From positions 11,916 to 75,915 of the forward strand of contig JBBIIL010000004.1 of assembly GCA_037446495.1 (NCBI GenBank): DNA of 64,000 bases. The letters are read 5' to 3'. This DNA comes from Chloroflexota bacterium (GTDB taxonomy: Bacteria; Chloroflexota; Limnocylindria; Limnocylindrales; CSP1-4). The notes below the pieces were generated by a model. That model saw only the letters and a program-made list of their open reading frames with translations, made no database searches and was not told the origin of the DNA. Of this stretch, positions 26,581 through 35,319 are shown piece by piece (the stretch's first letter is position 1; every line of letters starts with the position of its first letter). The translations under genes and the position numbers were made by a program.

Positions 26581-27990
26581 CTACGGACGGGCGGTGGGCG
26601 GTGCGGCGGGGTTCGGAGCGGCCGTTGGCCGCGGGCCAATCGCAGGCGGCTGAACGACAGGGGCGACGATGGCGACGAGCCGGTCGAAGGACACCAGGCG
26701 GACCGGGATGTTGCGGTCGAGCTCACGTCCGTCGGCTGTCCGCGCGCTCCACGTCTCTCCGCCCAGGAACACGGTGCCCAGCGGCGCGATCGGCATCCGG
26801 ACGACGCCGGTCGTGCCGACCGGGACGGGTTGACCCACGGTGCCCCTCGGGGCGGCCATGCGGCGGATTCGAATTGCGGCGTAGGCCATCGCCCCCATCA
26901 GCAGCGCGAATGCGGCGGCCATCACGACGATCAGCGGCGTGGCGACCGCCACCGACGGCTCGAGGGGCGCGCCGGTCGGAGGCGAGTACAGGATCGACGC
27001 GCCCAGCACGAAGGCGACGAGGCCGCCCAGGGCGAGGATCCCGTGACTGGCGATCTGGGTCTCGAGCACGAACAGGAGCATCCCGAAGGCGAGCAGGATG
27101 AGGCCGGCCACGTTGAGCGGCAGGCTGCCGAAACCGATGAACGCTAGGATGAGACTGAGGCCGCCCACGATCCCGCCGACGATCGTCGGGTGGATCAACT
27201 CGATCAGCAGTCCAGCGAGCCCCACGACGAAGAGGATGAAGGCGATGTTCGGGTCCGAGAGCAGGTGGAGGAACCCCATCCCCGGGTTCATCGGCGTCTC
27301 GGTGACCGCCTTGCCCGCGACGTCCACGGTCAGAAGCCCTGCCGGCGTGGTGACCTGCTGGCCCTGCGCGGCGGCGAGGACCGCGTCGAGCGTGTCGGCG
27401 ACCCCGTTGACCACGCCTTTGGCCGCGGCCTCGGTCGCGGAGGCTGAGGTGGCGTTGGCGACGGCGGACACGGCCCAGTCCACGTTGCGGCCGCGCGCCT
27501 GGGCGATCGAGGTGATCGTGGAGATCGCGATGGAGCGGACCTTGTCGCCCTCGGTGCCCGTGATGTCCTGCCCGCTGCTCCCGACCGGCGACGCGGCCCC
27601 GATGCTGGTGCCGGGGGCCATGTAGGCGAGGTGGCCGGCGAGCGTGATGAACGTTCCCGCGCTGGCGGCCCACGCCCCGGCCGGCGCCACCCACACGATG
27701 ACGGGAACCCTCGCCTCCAGCTCGGCCTTGGTGATCTGGGTCATGGCGTCGAGGCTGCCGCCCGGCGTGTCGAGTTTGATGACCACCGCCGACGCCCCGC
27801 TTGACTGCGCCGCAGCGATGCCGTCGCGCAGGTAGCCTGCCATCACGTTGTCCACGACGCCGTTGGCGGTGAGGACCACGACGCCGCCCGAGGCGGCCTG
27901 CACCGGTGCGACGAGGGCGACGAGGAACAAACCCGCCGCAAGGAGTGCACGGACGAGCGCGATGCGAGAGTGCGTGATGCGATCGCTCAT
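26581..27990 (-). CDS. NfeD-family membrane-bound serine protease (ClpP-class)
   Basis: Signal/TM segment, then a ClpP-like domain (VVIKLDTPGGSLDA, ASAGTFI), a multi-TM core and a C-terminal OB-type NfeD domain. ATG 27990. It sits 14 nt upstream of the stomatin gene, which is the classic pairing. Confidence 0.88.
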   Translation of the reverse strand: MSDRITHSRIALVRALLAAGLFLVALVAPVQAASGGVVVLTANGVVDNVMAGYLRDGIAAAQSSGASAVVIKLDTPGGSLDAMTQITKAELEARVPVIVWVAPAGAWAASAGTFITLAGHLAYMAPGTSIGAASPVGSSGQDITGTEGDKVRSIAISTITSIAQARGRNVDWAVSAVANATSASATEAAAKGVVNGVADTLDAVLAAAQGQQVTTPAGLLTVDVAGKAVTETPMNPGMGFLHLLSDPNIAFILFVVGLAGLLIELIHPTIVGGIVGGLSLILAFIGFGSLPLNVAGLILLAFGMLLFVLETQIASHGILALGGLVAFVLGASILYSPPTGAPLEPSVAVATPLIVVMAAAFALLMGAMAYAAIRIRRMAAPRGTVGQPVPVGTTGVVRMPIAPLGTVFLGGETWSARTADGRELDRNIPVRLVSFDRLVAIVAPVVQPPAIGPRPTAAPNPAAPPTARP

Positions 27991-28046
27991 GGGAGCTGAC
28001 GTCAGTATGGCACCCGCGCACCCGGGACCGCCCGTGCCGCCGGGCC

Positions 28047-28637
28047 TCACTCGCCGGGACGCTCGGTCAGGGCGTCGAGGGCCAGCCGGCTCCACGTCTC
28101 GAGGCCGTCGCGCATGGCGGCGACCGCCGCCGAAGTGGCGAACGCGCCGATCAGCTTGTCCGTCTCGCGAATGGCCACGGACCGCCCAGCGGCGTCGGCC
28201 GTGTAGACGAATCCGAGATGGACGCTGCCCACGGGGGTCGTGTCGTCGTTGAGCAGGCCGACCGGCGTGAACTGGGGCATGAAGTCCGCCTCGATCTCCT
28301 CGCGCCACTCGCGGCGGAGGCCGCCGACAACATCGCCGTCGCCGGGGTTCACGTGCCCTCCCACGCCGATCGAACCCAGGTCGTGGAGGCGGGCGTCGCC
28401 TCCGGCCCGGGTGCGCCGCATCAGGAACCAGCTCTCGCCGTCCCGAAGCACGAGATACGGGATGACCTGCTTGAGCGAGGGGTCCTCCTCCGCGTCGCGC
28501 CGACGCACGAAGCGCCCCTCGCGCGCGACGATCTCGAGCGCCTCGGCCAGCTCCATGCGCCGAAGTCCCAGCCAGCCCGGATCCGTCACGAGGGCCTCAC
28601 GCGGGACCACCAGGACCAGCTCGTCTGGGTTGTCCAC
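28047..28637 (-). CDS. NUDIX-like hydrolase
   Basis: 196 aa with a variant Nudix box (GVGGHVNPGDGDVVGGLRREWREEIEA). The GTG start lies 3 nt after the tyrA stop. Confidence 0.6.
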   Translation of the reverse strand: MDNPDELVLVVPREALVTDPGWLGLRRMELAEALEIVAREGRFVRRRDAEEDPSLKQVIPYLVLRDGESWFLMRRTRAGGDARLHDLGSIGVGGHVNPGDGDVVGGLRREWREEIEADFMPQFTPVGLLNDDTTPVGSVHLGFVYTADAAGRSVAIRETDKLIGAFATSAAVAAMRDGLETWSRLALDALTERPGE

Positions 28638-28640
28638 GCC

Positions 28641-29501
28641 TCAGCGCTCCAGCCGCTCTCGCGCGGCCTCGAGGCGCTCCCGGATCGCGGCGGGGTCCGC
28701 CCCGCCCGGGGTCTCGAGCACCTCGAGCCAGGCGTCGAGCCGGGCCCGGAATGCGCGCAGCCGCTCGGCGACGCGGTCGGCGTTGGTGGCGAGGATCTCA
28801 GCCCCCATCGCCGTGTCGCCCCGGGCGAGGCGCGTGGTGTCCCGCCAGCCGCCCGCCGCGAGCGCTCGGGCGCCGTCCCAGTCGTGGTCCTCGGCACCCG
28901 GCAGGCCAGTGGCCGTTTCCACGAGCATGACCGACGTCAGCAACGGCAGGTGGCTGACCGAGGCCACCAGTCTGTCGTGACGGCCCGCGTCCAAGTGCAC
29001 GGGAATGGCGCGGCAGGCATGCGCGAGTGCCTCGACCGCTGATGGGTCGCCGCCGCCCAGGGCGGCTGTGATGACCCAGGGCCGATCCTCGAAGAGCGCG
29101 GCATCCGCGGCGCCGAATCCGCTCGTCTCCCTGCCGGCCATCGGGTGGCCTCCCACCCACGGCAGCCCGGCGTCGCGCGCAGCGCGTTCGAGCTCCGCCT
29201 TGGCGGACGCGACATCCGTGACCGTGACGCCGGGGCGAAGGGCGTCGCGCCACTGGCCCGCGAGCCGGCCGATGAGCCCGATGCAGGCGACCGGCGGCGC
29301 CGCCAGGACAATCAAGTCGGCCTCGCGCACCAGATCGGGGGCGTGGCTGAAGGCCTCGTCGATGGCGCCGGCCTCCAGCGCTCGTCTCGGACCGGTGCCG
29401 GACGGCGTCCAAGCCCCCACCCACCAGTCCCCGTCGGCGGCGCGGAGGGCGCGCGCAACCGACCCGCCGATGAGGCCGAGTCCGAGGAGGGCGACGCGCA
29501 T
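28641..29501 (-). CDS. tyrA: Prephenate dehydrogenase
   Basis: 286 aa with NAD-binding motif LLGLGLIGGS and the TyrA core (TDVASAK...GGHPMAGRE). Confidence 0.88.
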   Translation of the reverse strand: MRVALLGLGLIGGSVARALRAADGDWWVGAWTPSGTGPRRALEAGAIDEAFSHAPDLVREADLIVLAAPPVACIGLIGRLAGQWRDALRPGVTVTDVASAKAELERAARDAGLPWVGGHPMAGRETSGFGAADAALFEDRPWVITAALGGGDPSAVEALAHACRAIPVHLDAGRHDRLVASVSHLPLLTSVMLVETATGLPGAEDHDWDGARALAAGGWRDTTRLARGDTAMGAEILATNADRVAERLRAFRARLDAWLEVLETPGGADPAAIRERLEAARERLER

Positions 29502-29569
29502 GCCGCGATTATCGCGCGGACACCGGCCCGGATGGACGCGCCAGCCACGGAAGCGAGGCGGGTGCCGAC

Positions 29570-29833
29570 CTATGTCCGGAAGGGATTGCTATCACCATCC
29601 CGCCGCGGTCCGATCCTGCGGTCCGCGACACGGCGCTCGCCCGTCTCGGCCGGCGGCCCGGGATCATCGGGGGGATTCACGCGACGGACCGACTGGCGGC
29701 GGTCAGCGCTGCGGCGCTCGCTCGAGAGCAGGGCGCCGCAGCGCGGGCATCGCCGCTCCTCGGCGAACAGCGCCTCGATCGGGGCGACCGTGTAGATCTG
29801 GCGACCGCAGGCATGACAGGCGAGCTTCGGCAC
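29570..29833 (-). CDS. Small zinc-ribbon protein with an Arg-rich tail
   Basis: 87 aa with CHACG...CPRCG (CxxC x22 CxxC), followed by repeated ADRR motifs (SADRRQSVRR, VADRRIGPRR). The GTG start is preceded by TACGAT at 6 nt and has no SD. Confidence 0.55.
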   Translation of the reverse strand: MPKLACHACGRQIYTVAPIEALFAEERRCPRCGALLSSERRSADRRQSVRRVNPPDDPGPPAETGERRVADRRIGPRRDGDSNPFRT

Positions 29834-29839
29834 GAGCGG

Positions 29840-29845
29840 ATCGTA
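29840..29845 (-). promoter_or_regulatory. Candidate -10 box TACGAT 6 nt upstream of the zinc-ribbon gene GTG
   Basis: The minus strand reads CCGCATACGATCCGCTCGTG. There is no SD. Confidence 0.3.
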
Positions 29846-29920
29846 TGCGGTCGCGCACCGCCCCGCACGTGCCCTGCGCGCTGCACGCCGGCCGCGCGCC
29901 CTCGGCCGGCCGATCGAGCG

Positions 29921-31300
29921 TCAGCCCGGCACCTGGGGCAGCGCTGCCAACGACTCGGCAACACGCTCAGCGGGGTACTCGTAGTCCTCGAGCAAGCCCT
30001 GCAGGTAGCGCTCGTACGACGACAGGTCGAAATGGCCGTGGCCCGACAGATTGAACAGGATGACCCTGGGCTCGCCAGCCTCCTTGGCGGCGAGGGCCTC
30101 GTCCACTGCCACCTTGATCGCGTGCGTGCTCTCGGGCGCCGGGAGGATGCCCTCGGCGCGGGCGAACTGGACGCCAGCCTCGAAGCAGGCGACCTGGTGG
30201 ACGCTCTGGGCCTCGATGAGCCCGTGCTCCTTGAGCAGCGACACCAGCGGCGACATGCCGTGGTACCGCAGGCCGCCGGCGTGGATCGGCTCCGGCATGA
30301 AGTCCGAGCCGAGGGTGTGCATCTTGACGATCGGCGCCATCTTGCCCGTGTCGCCGTAGTCGTAGGCGTAGACGCCCCGGGTCAGGGACGGCGCGGCCTC
30401 TGGCTCGACCGCGATCACGCGGTAGTTGGCCTCGCCGCGGAGGTTCTCGCCGACGAACGGGAACGTGAGCCCGGAGAAGTTGGAGCCGCCGCCAGCGCAC
30501 GCGATGATCACGTCCGGTCGCTCGCCGGCCATGGCCATCTGCTCCTGCGCCTCGAGGCCGATCACCGTCTGGTGGAGCATCACGTGGTTGAGCACCGAGC
30601 CGAGGGCGTACTTGGTGTCGTCGCGGGTTGCCGCGTCCTCCACCGCCTCGCTGATCGCGATGCCGAGCGACCCGTTGGAGTCCGGGTGCTCCGCCAGGAC
30701 CCGGCGGCCGTAGTTCGTCGTGGGGCTCGGACTCGCCACCACCGAGGCCCCGTACGTCTCCATCAGCATCCGGCGGTACGGCTTCTGGTCGTAGCTCGCC
30801 CGAACCATGTAGACCTTGACCTCGAGGCCGAACACGGCTCCCGCGAAGGAGAGCGCGCTCCCCCACTGCCCGGCGCCGGTCTCGGTGGCGAGCCGCTTGA
30901 CGCCCTCCTGCTTGTTGAAGAAGGCCTGCGGGATGGCGGTATTGGGCTTGTGGCTCCCGGCCGGGCTGACGCCCTCGTTCTTGTAGTAGATGTGGGCCGG
31001 GGTGTCGAGGGCGCGCTCCAGGCGGTGGGCGCGGTAGAGCGGCGACGGCCGGTAGAGCTGGTACGCCTCGCGGACGGGATCCGGGATCTCGATGTCGCGG
31101 TCGGTGGACACCTCCTGCAGGATCAACCCCATCGGGAACAGCGGCGCGAGGTCGGCCGGGCCGATCGGCTGCATCGTCCCAGGGTGGAGGGGCGGCGACA
31201 TCTGGACCCCCGCCGGGAGGTCAGCGACGATGTTGTACCAGGCGCGCGGGATCCGGTCCTCGTCCAGGACGAACTTGGTTCGGCGGGGTGCGCTGGCCAT
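29921..31300 (-). CDS. trpB: Tryptophan synthase beta-like protein, TrpB2 type
   Basis: 459 aa. It has a TrpB2-type N-terminal extension (RIPRAWYNIVADLP), a PLP-lysine region (PAGSHKPNTA) and a GGGSN motif. No trpA is adjacent. Confidence 0.88.
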   Translation of the reverse strand: MASAPRRTKFVLDEDRIPRAWYNIVADLPAGVQMSPPLHPGTMQPIGPADLAPLFPMGLILQEVSTDRDIEIPDPVREAYQLYRPSPLYRAHRLERALDTPAHIYYKNEGVSPAGSHKPNTAIPQAFFNKQEGVKRLATETGAGQWGSALSFAGAVFGLEVKVYMVRASYDQKPYRRMLMETYGASVVASPSPTTNYGRRVLAEHPDSNGSLGIAISEAVEDAATRDDTKYALGSVLNHVMLHQTVIGLEAQEQMAMAGERPDVIIACAGGGSNFSGLTFPFVGENLRGEANYRVIAVEPEAAPSLTRGVYAYDYGDTGKMAPIVKMHTLGSDFMPEPIHAGGLRYHGMSPLVSLLKEHGLIEAQSVHQVACFEAGVQFARAEGILPAPESTHAIKVAVDEALAAKEAGEPRVILFNLSGHGHFDLSSYERYLQGLLEDYEYPAERVAESLAALPQVPG

Positions 31301-31380
31301 CTACTGTCTCCCGGGTCTCGTGCAGGTTGGGGAGATGCGAGCGTAAGGCCTAGGGCGCCGACCGGGCAAACAGGTGTGCG

Positions 31381-31992
31381 TCAGGCGCGGAGCGGAGCCT
31401 CCACCAGCGGCTCGTAGCGCGGCGGTCCTGCGCCGAGGTGACTCCGGAACAGCGTCAGGGTCGCGGCCTCGAAGCCGGCCCTCCAGCCAACGCTGGCACG
31501 CGCGAGGTCGTTCGCGATCGCGTGGCTGACCTCGCCCTGGAGCGCGTCCGTCCGGGCGACCGTCAGGTGGGGGCGGCGGGTGCGCGTCTCCGGCGGCCAG
31601 CCCAGGCGGTCGAGGGGCGCCCCAAGCGCGTCAACCAGTCGGATCAGACCGTCGTTCCCATGATCCACGCCCAGCCACAGCGTCCGCGGGTGGCGACCGT
31701 CCGGAAAGGCGCCCGCACCCGCCAGCTCGATGCGGAAGCGATCCACCGACGCGGCGGCGTCGAGCACGGCGAGGCCGACGTCGGGGACGCTGTCCGGCGG
31801 CGCATCACCAAGGAAGCGGATGGTCAGGTGGAGGTTCTCGGTTCGGACCCAGCGGGCATCTCGGCCCGGGCTCGTCATCCGCACGGCGTCGATGAGCTGC
31901 TGGCACGCCTCGAGCGCGCCGGGCGGCACGGCGACGGCGACGAACAGGCGCTGGGGAACCTCAGCCACCGCGCAGGGGGCGAAACCGGTCAC
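31381..31992 (-). CDS. RNA 2',3'-cyclic phosphodiesterase (2H phosphoesterase, LigT/ThpR)
   Basis: Two HxT motifs are present (NLHLTIRFLG and RPHLTVART). The track start at 31992 overlaps ppa by 32 nt. GTG 31959, just after the ppa stop, is an alternative start. Confidence 0.8.
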   Translation of the reverse strand: MTGFAPCAVAEVPQRLFVAVAVPPGALEACQQLIDAVRMTSPGRDARWVRTENLHLTIRFLGDAPPDSVPDVGLAVLDAAASVDRFRIELAGAGAFPDGRHPRTLWLGVDHGNDGLIRLVDALGAPLDRLGWPPETRTRRPHLTVARTDALQGEVSHAIANDLARASVGWRAGFEAATLTLFRSHLGAGPPRYEPLVEAPLRA

Positions 31993-32476
31993 GGTCGGCG
32001 CGGAGGACCTCGTGTGCGCGGTCGCGGTCGCGCCAGCCGTCGATGTTCACCTGTTTGTTCTCGAGCAGCTTGTAGGTCTCGAAGAAATGCTCGATCTCCA
32101 CGAGGCGGTGGGGGCGGATCTGGTCGAGCCGCTCGATGTGCTGCTGGTGCGGGTCGCCGAGGGCTACGCAGAGGACCTTGAAGTCGAAGCCCATCTCGTC
32201 GTGCATCTCGAGGCCGCCAACCGGACGCGCCCAGACGTGGCAGCCGGTGAAGGTGGGCTCGTCGATGATCAGCAGGGCGTCGGTGTGGTCGCCGTCATCG
32301 GCGCGGGTGCCCTCAATGAAGCCGTAGTCGAAGTTGTAGAACACTGCGGACGAGAGGACGCGGTCCAGCCGGAAGACGTGCGCTGCCTCGTCGTACTCGT
32401 ACTTGTTGCGGCTCCCCCTGGGGATCTCCACCACGATCTCGACGACGTCCGGGAACTTGTCCGCATTGGTGCTCAT
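31961..32476 (-). CDS. ppa: Inorganic pyrophosphatase (family I)
   Basis: Motifs EIPRGSRNKYEYD, YGFIEGT and DGDHTDALL. The ATG at 32476 (MSTNADKFPD) is preferred because TAGAGT lies 7 nt upstream. Confidence 0.92.
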   Translation of the reverse strand: MSTNADKFPDVVEIVVEIPRGSRNKYEYDEAAHVFRLDRVLSSAVFYNFDYGFIEGTRADDGDHTDALLIIDEPTFTGCHVWARPVGGLEMHDEMGFDFKVLCVALGDPHQQHIERLDQIRPHRLVEIEHFFETYKLLENKQVNIDGWRDRDRAHEVLRADRDRFRPLRGG

Positions 32477-32483
32477 GGCTCGA

Positions 32484-32489
32484 ACTCTA
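32484..32489 (-). promoter_or_regulatory. Candidate -10 box TAGAGT 7 nt upstream of the ppa ATG
   Basis: The minus strand reads GCGCTAGAGTTCGAGCCATG. There is no SD. Confidence 0.35.
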
Positions 32490-32613
32490 GCGCGTCGGTC
32501 CGAGGGTCGCGCAGCCATCCCCGGGTGGCATCTGCAGGCAGTCCCCCGATGGGTCGAGCGTGCTTCGTCGCGTCGGCGCGGACTGGGGATCGCCCGCCGG
32601 CCGGCGACCGCGG

Positions 32614-33717
32614 TCAGTCGTTGTAGAGCCGCTCCTCGATGAGCTTCTCCTGCACGGTGCGCCCGTTGGGGTCGAAGCAGGAGAACTCGAAGTGCTTCTC
32701 GAACTCGATGTCGACAGCGTCCATGCCGCCGCGGTTCTTCTCGACCGAGGCCACCACCCAGTCGCGGAAGCGCTGTGCCTGGTACGGGTTGAACTCGATG
32801 TTGACCTTGGCGACGATGTTGTACTTCTCGTTGAGGATCAGGATGATGTCGGCCTCATAGTTGATCGCCGACGACCCGCGCAGGTGGTGGTTGCGCAGGC
32901 GCGCCGCCTTGAGGCCCTCCTTGTCCGCGGCGACGATCGAGATCATCGGCACGTCCTCGGACAGGGCGATGTCCTTGAGCCCGTTGACGACGAACGTGAC
33001 CTTCTCGGCCTCCGTCGGCGGTTCCGGAATGACGGGCACCTTCTGCATGTAGTCGACGATGACCAGCAGCCGGCGGTCGCCTGAGAGCTCGCGGTGCTGG
33101 CGGACCAGCGCGCGGATGCCGTCGATGGTGCTGGCCGTCTGGGTGCCGCGGAGCAGGAACAGGTTCTGACCGTAGCGGGCGATCCGGTCCAGCGAGGGGC
33201 GCAGGCGCGGATTGGACGCCAGTTGGGCGACGCCGCCACCCTCGGACATCCAGGTGCCCAGAATCTCCTTGCGGACGTCCTGGATCTTGATCGCGCCGGT
33301 CGTGTGGGGCAGGTGGGCGAGGGCGGACTCCGCGGCGATCATGCGGTTGAGCAGGTAGAGCTCGTCGTGCTCGTAGCAGATGTAGAGGACGTTCGCCTGG
33401 CCGCCGGACGCCACGTTGCGGGCCATCTGCAGGGCCATCGTGGTCTTGCCGGTGCCCTGGGCGCCGCCGATGAGCAGCAGCTCGCCGGCCCTGAGGCCGT
33501 TGCCAATGGTCTTGTCGAGAGGCGTGAAGCCCAGCGGCACGGGCTGGTACTCGCCGACCTTACCGGTGGCAACCTTATCGTTGAGGTCCACCAGGACCTC
33601 GATCGCCGACCGGGGCGCCAAGCTGCCGTTCGGCCCCTCAAGCCGCCAGGCCGCCTTCGGCATCGGATCGCTTTCCGTCGTCACTCCCTCAAGTCCTCCC
33701 GACGCGGGGTTTCCCAC
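32614..33717 (-). CDS. Stand-alone DnaB-helicase C-terminal-domain (RecA-fold) ATPase lacking the DnaB N-terminal domain
   Basis: Walker A is LIGGAQGTGKTTMALQ and Walker B is LVIVDYMQK. DnaB-like motifs include RGSSAINYEADIILIL and VEKNRGG. Only about 50 aa precede the P-loop domain. Start is GTG 33717 or ATG 33663. Confidence 0.75.
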   Translation of the reverse strand: MGNPASGGLEGVTTESDPMPKAAWRLEGPNGSLAPRSAIEVLVDLNDKVATGKVGEYQPVPLGFTPLDKTIGNGLRAGELLLIGGAQGTGKTTMALQMARNVASGGQANVLYICYEHDELYLLNRMIAAESALAHLPHTTGAIKIQDVRKEILGTWMSEGGGVAQLASNPRLRPSLDRIARYGQNLFLLRGTQTASTIDGIRALVRQHRELSGDRRLLVIVDYMQKVPVIPEPPTEAEKVTFVVNGLKDIALSEDVPMISIVAADKEGLKAARLRNHHLRGSSAINYEADIILILNEKYNIVAKVNIEFNPYQAQRFRDWVVASVEKNRGGMDAVDIEFEKHFEFSCFDPNGRTVQEKLIEERLYND

Positions 33718-33776
33718 CGGCGCATGCTAACACCCGGCCACGCCCCCGCCGTGCACCGATCGTCCTGCCGGTCCTG

Positions 33777-35201
33777 CTACTCCGCACTCGTTCGCGGCAG
33801 GCCCGCCAGCTCTTGCCAGAGACGAACGATGATCCGCGTACCCGCCTCGAAGTTGCGCTCGTCGAGCCACTCATTCGGGGCATGCGCATTGCAGTTGGGC
33901 TGGGTGAAGCCGGCCAGCACGACCGGCAGGCCGAGCACGTGGTCGAAGGCGGCGGTGACGGGGATCGAGCCGCCCTCGCGAATGAACACCGGATGGACGC
34001 CCTCGACGGCGCGGATCGCACGGGCCGCAGCCTGGGTCGCCGGGTGGTCGGTCGGGGTCAGGCTCGCCTCGCCGCCGTGGATGTAGGTGGTGGTGACCTT
34101 CACGCCGGGAGGCGCCACCTGCGCCACGTAGTCGCGCAGGGCCGCGAACACCCTCTCGGGCTGCTGGTTCGCGACGAGGCGCGTGGACACCTTGGCGTGG
34201 GCATGGGCCGGGATGATCGTCTTGGCGCCGTCGCCCTGGAAGCCGCCCCAGATGCCGTTCACGTCGAGCGTCGGGCGAGCCGTGCGGCTCTCGAGGATCG
34301 TCCAGCCAGTCTCGCCCACGAGCGCCGGGACCTGGGTCTCCTCCCGGAACGCCTCCTCGTCGAACGGCAGCGCGGCCATCTGGGCGCGGTCCGCCTCGGT
34401 GAGCGGCACCACGTCGTCATAGAAGCCCGGGATGCGGACGCGGCCGTCGGGGCCCTTGAGCGCGGTGATGATGCGCGCCAGTGCATTGGCCGGGTTCTCG
34501 ACTGCGCCGCCGTACTGGCCCGAGTGCAGGTCCACGGGCGAGAGATCCACGTCGATCTGCGCGTACATGATCCCGCGCAGGGCAACCGTGATCGCCGGGA
34601 CGTTGCCCTCGAAGTACCCTGTGTCACTGACGATCGCCAGGTCCGCCTCCAGTCGGTGGCGATTCTCCGGGATCCAGTGGAACAGCGACTCGGAGCCGAA
34701 CTCCTCCTCGCCCTCGAAGACGAAGGTCAGGTTCACCGCCGGCGCCTTGCCCACGGAGCGCAGCGCCTCGAGCGCTGAGAGGTGCATCACCAGCTGGCCT
34801 TTGTCGTCGGCCACGCCCCGTCCCACGAACCGGCCGTCCCGCAGGAACGGCTCGAACGGCGCCGTCTGCCATAGCTCGACCGGGTCCACCGGCTGCACGT
34901 CGAAGTGGCAGTAGACGAGCACGGTCGGCGCGCCCGGCGCCTCGTGGATGCGCCCGTAGACGATCGGGTGCAGGTCGGTGTTGACCACCTCGACCTCGGT
35001 GGCTCCGACACCCTGCAGCCGGGCAGCGACCCAGCCCGCCGCGGACACCATGTCGGCCGCGTGCTCGGGCTGGGTGGAGATGCTGGGGATCCGCGCGAAC
35101 TCCAGGAGGGTCTCGGCGCGTGCCTCGCGCGAGGCGACAAGCGCGGCTTCGACGGCGGGGTCGATCGGGGTGGGTTCCGGGGCGCGCGACGAGTCGGTCA
35201 T
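33777..35201 (-). CDS. M20-family dipeptidase
   Basis: 474 aa from ATG 35201 (MTDSSRAPEP), with VLVYCHFDVQP, GRGVADDKGQL and FVFEGEEEFGS. The track start at 35387 overlaps ftsH. Confidence 0.85.
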   Translation of the reverse strand: MTDSSRAPEPTPIDPAVEAALVASREARAETLLEFARIPSISTQPEHAADMVSAAGWVAARLQGVGATEVEVVNTDLHPIVYGRIHEAPGAPTVLVYCHFDVQPVDPVELWQTAPFEPFLRDGRFVGRGVADDKGQLVMHLSALEALRSVGKAPAVNLTFVFEGEEEFGSESLFHWIPENRHRLEADLAIVSDTGYFEGNVPAITVALRGIMYAQIDVDLSPVDLHSGQYGGAVENPANALARIITALKGPDGRVRIPGFYDDVVPLTEADRAQMAALPFDEEAFREETQVPALVGETGWTILESRTARPTLDVNGIWGGFQGDGAKTIIPAHAHAKVSTRLVANQQPERVFAALRDYVAQVAPPGVKVTTTYIHGGEASLTPTDHPATQAAARAIRAVEGVHPVFIREGGSIPVTAAFDHVLGLPVVLAGFTQPNCNAHAPNEWLDERNFEAGTRIIVRLWQELAGLPRTSAE

Positions 35202-35258
35202 GGGGGCTCCTGGCAAGGCTGTGGCGTCCCTCGATCCTACCGCGAGCCGGACAGCGAA

Positions 35259-35284
35259 CGAGGGCGGACCGGGGTCCGCCCTCG
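35259..35284 (-). terminator. GC-rich hairpin downstream of ftsH (candidate intrinsic terminator, weak U tract)
   Basis: An 11-bp perfect stem, CGAGGGCGGAC (35259-35269) with GTCCGCCCTCG (35274-35284), and a 4-nt loop. It lies 36 nt after the ftsH stop and is followed on the minus strand by TTCGCTGTCC. Confidence 0.45.
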
Positions 35285-35319
35285 CATCGGGTGCGGGACT
35301 GGGGCTTGCCGACCCGGCG

